The translations under genes were made by a program, and so were the position numbers. Positions 61,823 through 64,000 of a stretch of DNA of 64,000 bases are shown here, piece after piece (the stretch's first letter is position 1; each line of letters opens with the position of its first letter). The DNA comes from Entomortierella parvispora E1425 (taxonomy: Eukaryota > Fungi > Mortierellomycota), in contig BQFW01000010.1 of assembly GCA_020891255.1 (NCBI GenBank), positions 1,612,001 through 1,676,000 of the forward strand. The letters run 5' to 3'. The notes beneath the pieces were generated by a model. The model ran no database searches. It saw only the letters and a program-made list of their open reading frames with translations, and was not told where the DNA came from.

Positions 61823-63286
61823 ATGGCCAAAATCACCCGATCCAAGGTCGCATGGCTCTTGACCATCTCGGCCCTTGCCGCAGTTGCCGTCGTGGCTGCT
61901 CACAAGGGAGGCCATCACGCTCAAATCCCTAAAGACAAGGCCCATGCCAATGTCGATCCCAGCAAAGCTGGAGACTGCCCCTTCCATGCCGCCAAGGGCG
62001 CCGGTGACGTTGCCGCTGCCAAGGAGAAGCGCGGCGACGCCCAAGAGATGCGTATCCTCCCCATTTTTGACGAGGACGGCAACATTGCTGGATCAAAGGC
62101 AGAGGATGATCAGGATCAGAGCCACTACTTTGTCGACAAGGATGCTTACCGTCGTGCCAAGGATGCTGGCGAGGAAGAAGTTGTTTCCAGCAGCAGGATG
62201 AAGGCTCTCTTTGCTTTCTTGTTCCCAGGATCACCCATGGTCAATTCGTTGTTGGGCACCACCTACATCTCGTTGATCCCCAACTTGCTCCTCTACTTTG
62301 TTCCTCCAGATATCAAGCCCGAGTCCCTGAACACGTTGGTGGCCTTTGCGGTCGGTGGATTGTTGGGCGATGTGTTCTTGCACCTCTTGCCCCATTCGTT
62401 CTTGGGAGAGGTCCACGAGGGCGAGTTGGTTGAGGTCAGTGAGGTCAGGAATGTGGTCGTTGGACTGGGTCTCTTTGTTGGATTCTTCATCTTTTTCTGT
62501 ATCGACAAAATCATGCGAGTCTTGAGCGGCGGCGAGGGTGGACACAGCCACAGCCATGGACACGATCACGGACACTCCAAGAAGGTCGACGGCGAGGATG
62601 AACACCACCACGCTCACTCTCATGACCATGACCACAAGCACGAGGACTCTACCCTTCGTCAGCGCAAGGGAGGCGAGGTCAAGGAGGGATCGGACAAGGT
62701 TGCTCTTAACGACAAGGATGCCCCCAAGAAGGAGATTTCCAACAGCATCAAACTCTCTGCCTACTTGAACTTGATCGCGGACGCAACCCACAACTTCACG
62801 GATGGATTGGCCATGGCCGCGTCCTTCTACACCTCGCCCGCCATTGGGGCAACAACAACAGTGGCTGTTTTCTTCCACGAGATCCCTCACGAGGTGGGTG
62901 ACTATGCCATCTTGATTCAGTCTGGATTCCCTCGCAGCAAGGCCATGATGTCCCAGTTTATCACTGCTATCGGCGCATTCCTGGGCACATTTGCTGGTAT
63001 TGCCATCGAGGAGATGAGCAAGTCCAAGGAGAACATTGTTGGAGGCGTTGTCGAGGCTGCCAAGCCCCTGGCATTGTTTGGAATTGAAAGCATTCCCGTG
63101 CGCGGTGGCGATTTGGTGATCCCTTTCACCGCTGGAGGATTCCTTTATATCGCGACTGTTGGTGTGATTCCCGAGCTTTTGACTGTTTCGGGCAAGTTGA
63201 ACAAGGATATCCGTCAATTTGGATCCGAGATTGTGGCCATGATGATCGGCGTGGGCATGATGGTGGTCATTGCGTTGAACGAATAG
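61823..63286 (+). CDS. YKE4: ZIP-family zinc transporter, Yke4/ZIP7 (LIV-1) type
   Basis: LVAFAVGGLLGDVFLHLLPH, His-rich loop, ADATHNFTDGLAM, FFHEIPHEVGDYAIL and FTAGGFLYIA; intronless ORF. Confidence 0.9.
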   Translation: MAKITRSKVAWLLTISALAAVAVVAAHKGGHHAQIPKDKAHANVDPSKAGDCPFHAAKGAGDVAAAKEKRGDAQEMRILPIFDEDGNIAGSKAEDDQDQSHYFVDKDAYRRAKDAGEEEVVSSSRMKALFAFLFPGSPMVNSLLGTTYISLIPNLLLYFVPPDIKPESLNTLVAFAVGGLLGDVFLHLLPHSFLGEVHEGELVEVSEVRNVVVGLGLFVGFFIFFCIDKIMRVLSGGEGGHSHSHGHDHGHSKKVDGEDEHHHAHSHDHDHKHEDSTLRQRKGGEVKEGSDKVALNDKDAPKKEISNSIKLSAYLNLIADATHNFTDGLAMAASFYTSPAIGATTTVAVFFHEIPHEVGDYAILIQSGFPRSKAMMSQFITAIGAFLGTFAGIAIEEMSKSKENIVGGVVEAAKPLALFGIESIPVRGGDLVIPFTAGGFLYIATVGVIPELLTVSGKLNKDIRQFGSEIVAMMIGVGMMVVIALNE

Positions 63287-63528
63287 ATAGACCTTGAGGA
63301 GGGAGACGTTTAGCTACCAACATATATAAAAGTTATTTTGTTGTATCATGCGGAGTCGACTACATATGTCCAAGTTGCGCTGATCGCATTGGTGGCGTAG
63401 TCATCACGTGCCCCTTTCAGACTGGGCTGCGGTTTGCGGGCTGCGGCCAGAACGCGCTCTCCTGCCCCTCTTCACTTTTCTTTTTTCATTCACCCATTTC
63501 CAACCACCCACATTTCGACCCCGCGACC

Positions 63529-64000
63529 ATGAGTTCCAGGACCAGCACAGTACGACCCAGCAGGACAACGACCAAGTCGAGCAGCCAACTGGACACATCC
63601 AGCCATCAAGAGACGATCTCACAAGACCGATGTGCTCAATGCAAAAAGTTTCTTTCTGCCGTCAAAGCTGAATGCCGGTATTGCCGTCTCGTCTATTGCA
63701 TGGAGCACAGGTAAAAAGAGCGACAGACCTTGAAGAGGACTGTATGACTTCAAAAGAATGGAATCTATTCCCTCAGATCACTCAACAGGAGGACAATGGG
63801 TATTCTCTCTATTTTTTTTATGTAGACATCCAGAGACACACTCGCCACAAGGATGTGCAGTCAAAGCACGGGAGCAGAGCCGTCAGCAATTCCAAAGAGA
63901 CTCTGGACATATTCTGGGAGCAGAGGCTCATGATCGTGGGGTCACCCACCGGACACCTGGTTGGAATCTGGAAGCATCTAGGGCAGAACTTCATCAGCGG
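63529..64000 (+). CDS. AN1-type zinc-finger protein (runs off the window end)
   Basis: CAQCKKFL..CRYCRLVYCMEHR, then an intron from 63711 (acceptor ~63824), then HPETHSPQGC, completing the AN1 C/H pattern. Confidence 0.75.

Noticed and set aside
62231-63217. 328-aa minus-strand ORF
   Set aside because: Antisense shadow of the ZIP transporter.
1-64000. CRISPR array, tRNA, rRNA, telomere repeats
   Set aside because: None seen. All tandem repeats are short microsatellite-type units without spacers.

Overview
Eukaryotic, intron-containing fungal DNA, about 50% GC, with long poly-A/T tracts and microsatellites. Gene content and protein style suggest an early-diverging fungus, most likely Mortierellaceae (inference). 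The window opens inside a Fanzor (eukaryotic TnpB-like, RuvC plus Zn-finger nuclease) gene. All three RuvC acidic residues are present. The gene has one +1 frameshift in an A-run and a spliceosomal intron just before RuvC-II. It also has a long predicted low-complexity C-terminal tail with an NLS, built from a chain of phase-1 introns including 9-nt and 12-nt micro-exons, ending about 65 nt before the next gene. The rest is mostly ordinary chromosomal genes: a PHP-domain membrane protein, a Mid2-like sensor, a Hos2-type HDAC, Spo7, a SAM methyltransferase, a C2H2 factor, an Sds23-like CBS protein, two paralogous surface proteins, a CNOT11-N-like protein, HEM1, MOG1, TAF3 with a PHD finger, holocytochrome c synthase, a possibly bacterial-derived gene, a PUF protein with an IQ motif, GTP cyclohydrolase I, a DUF3844 protein, a kelch membrane protein, a ZIP transporter and an AN1 Zn-finger protein. 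I found no rRNA, tRNA or CRISPR array. Exon boundaries were read by eye from GT/GC-AG and CTRAC signals and need RNA-seq confirmation. Family assignments come from motif recognition, not database searches.
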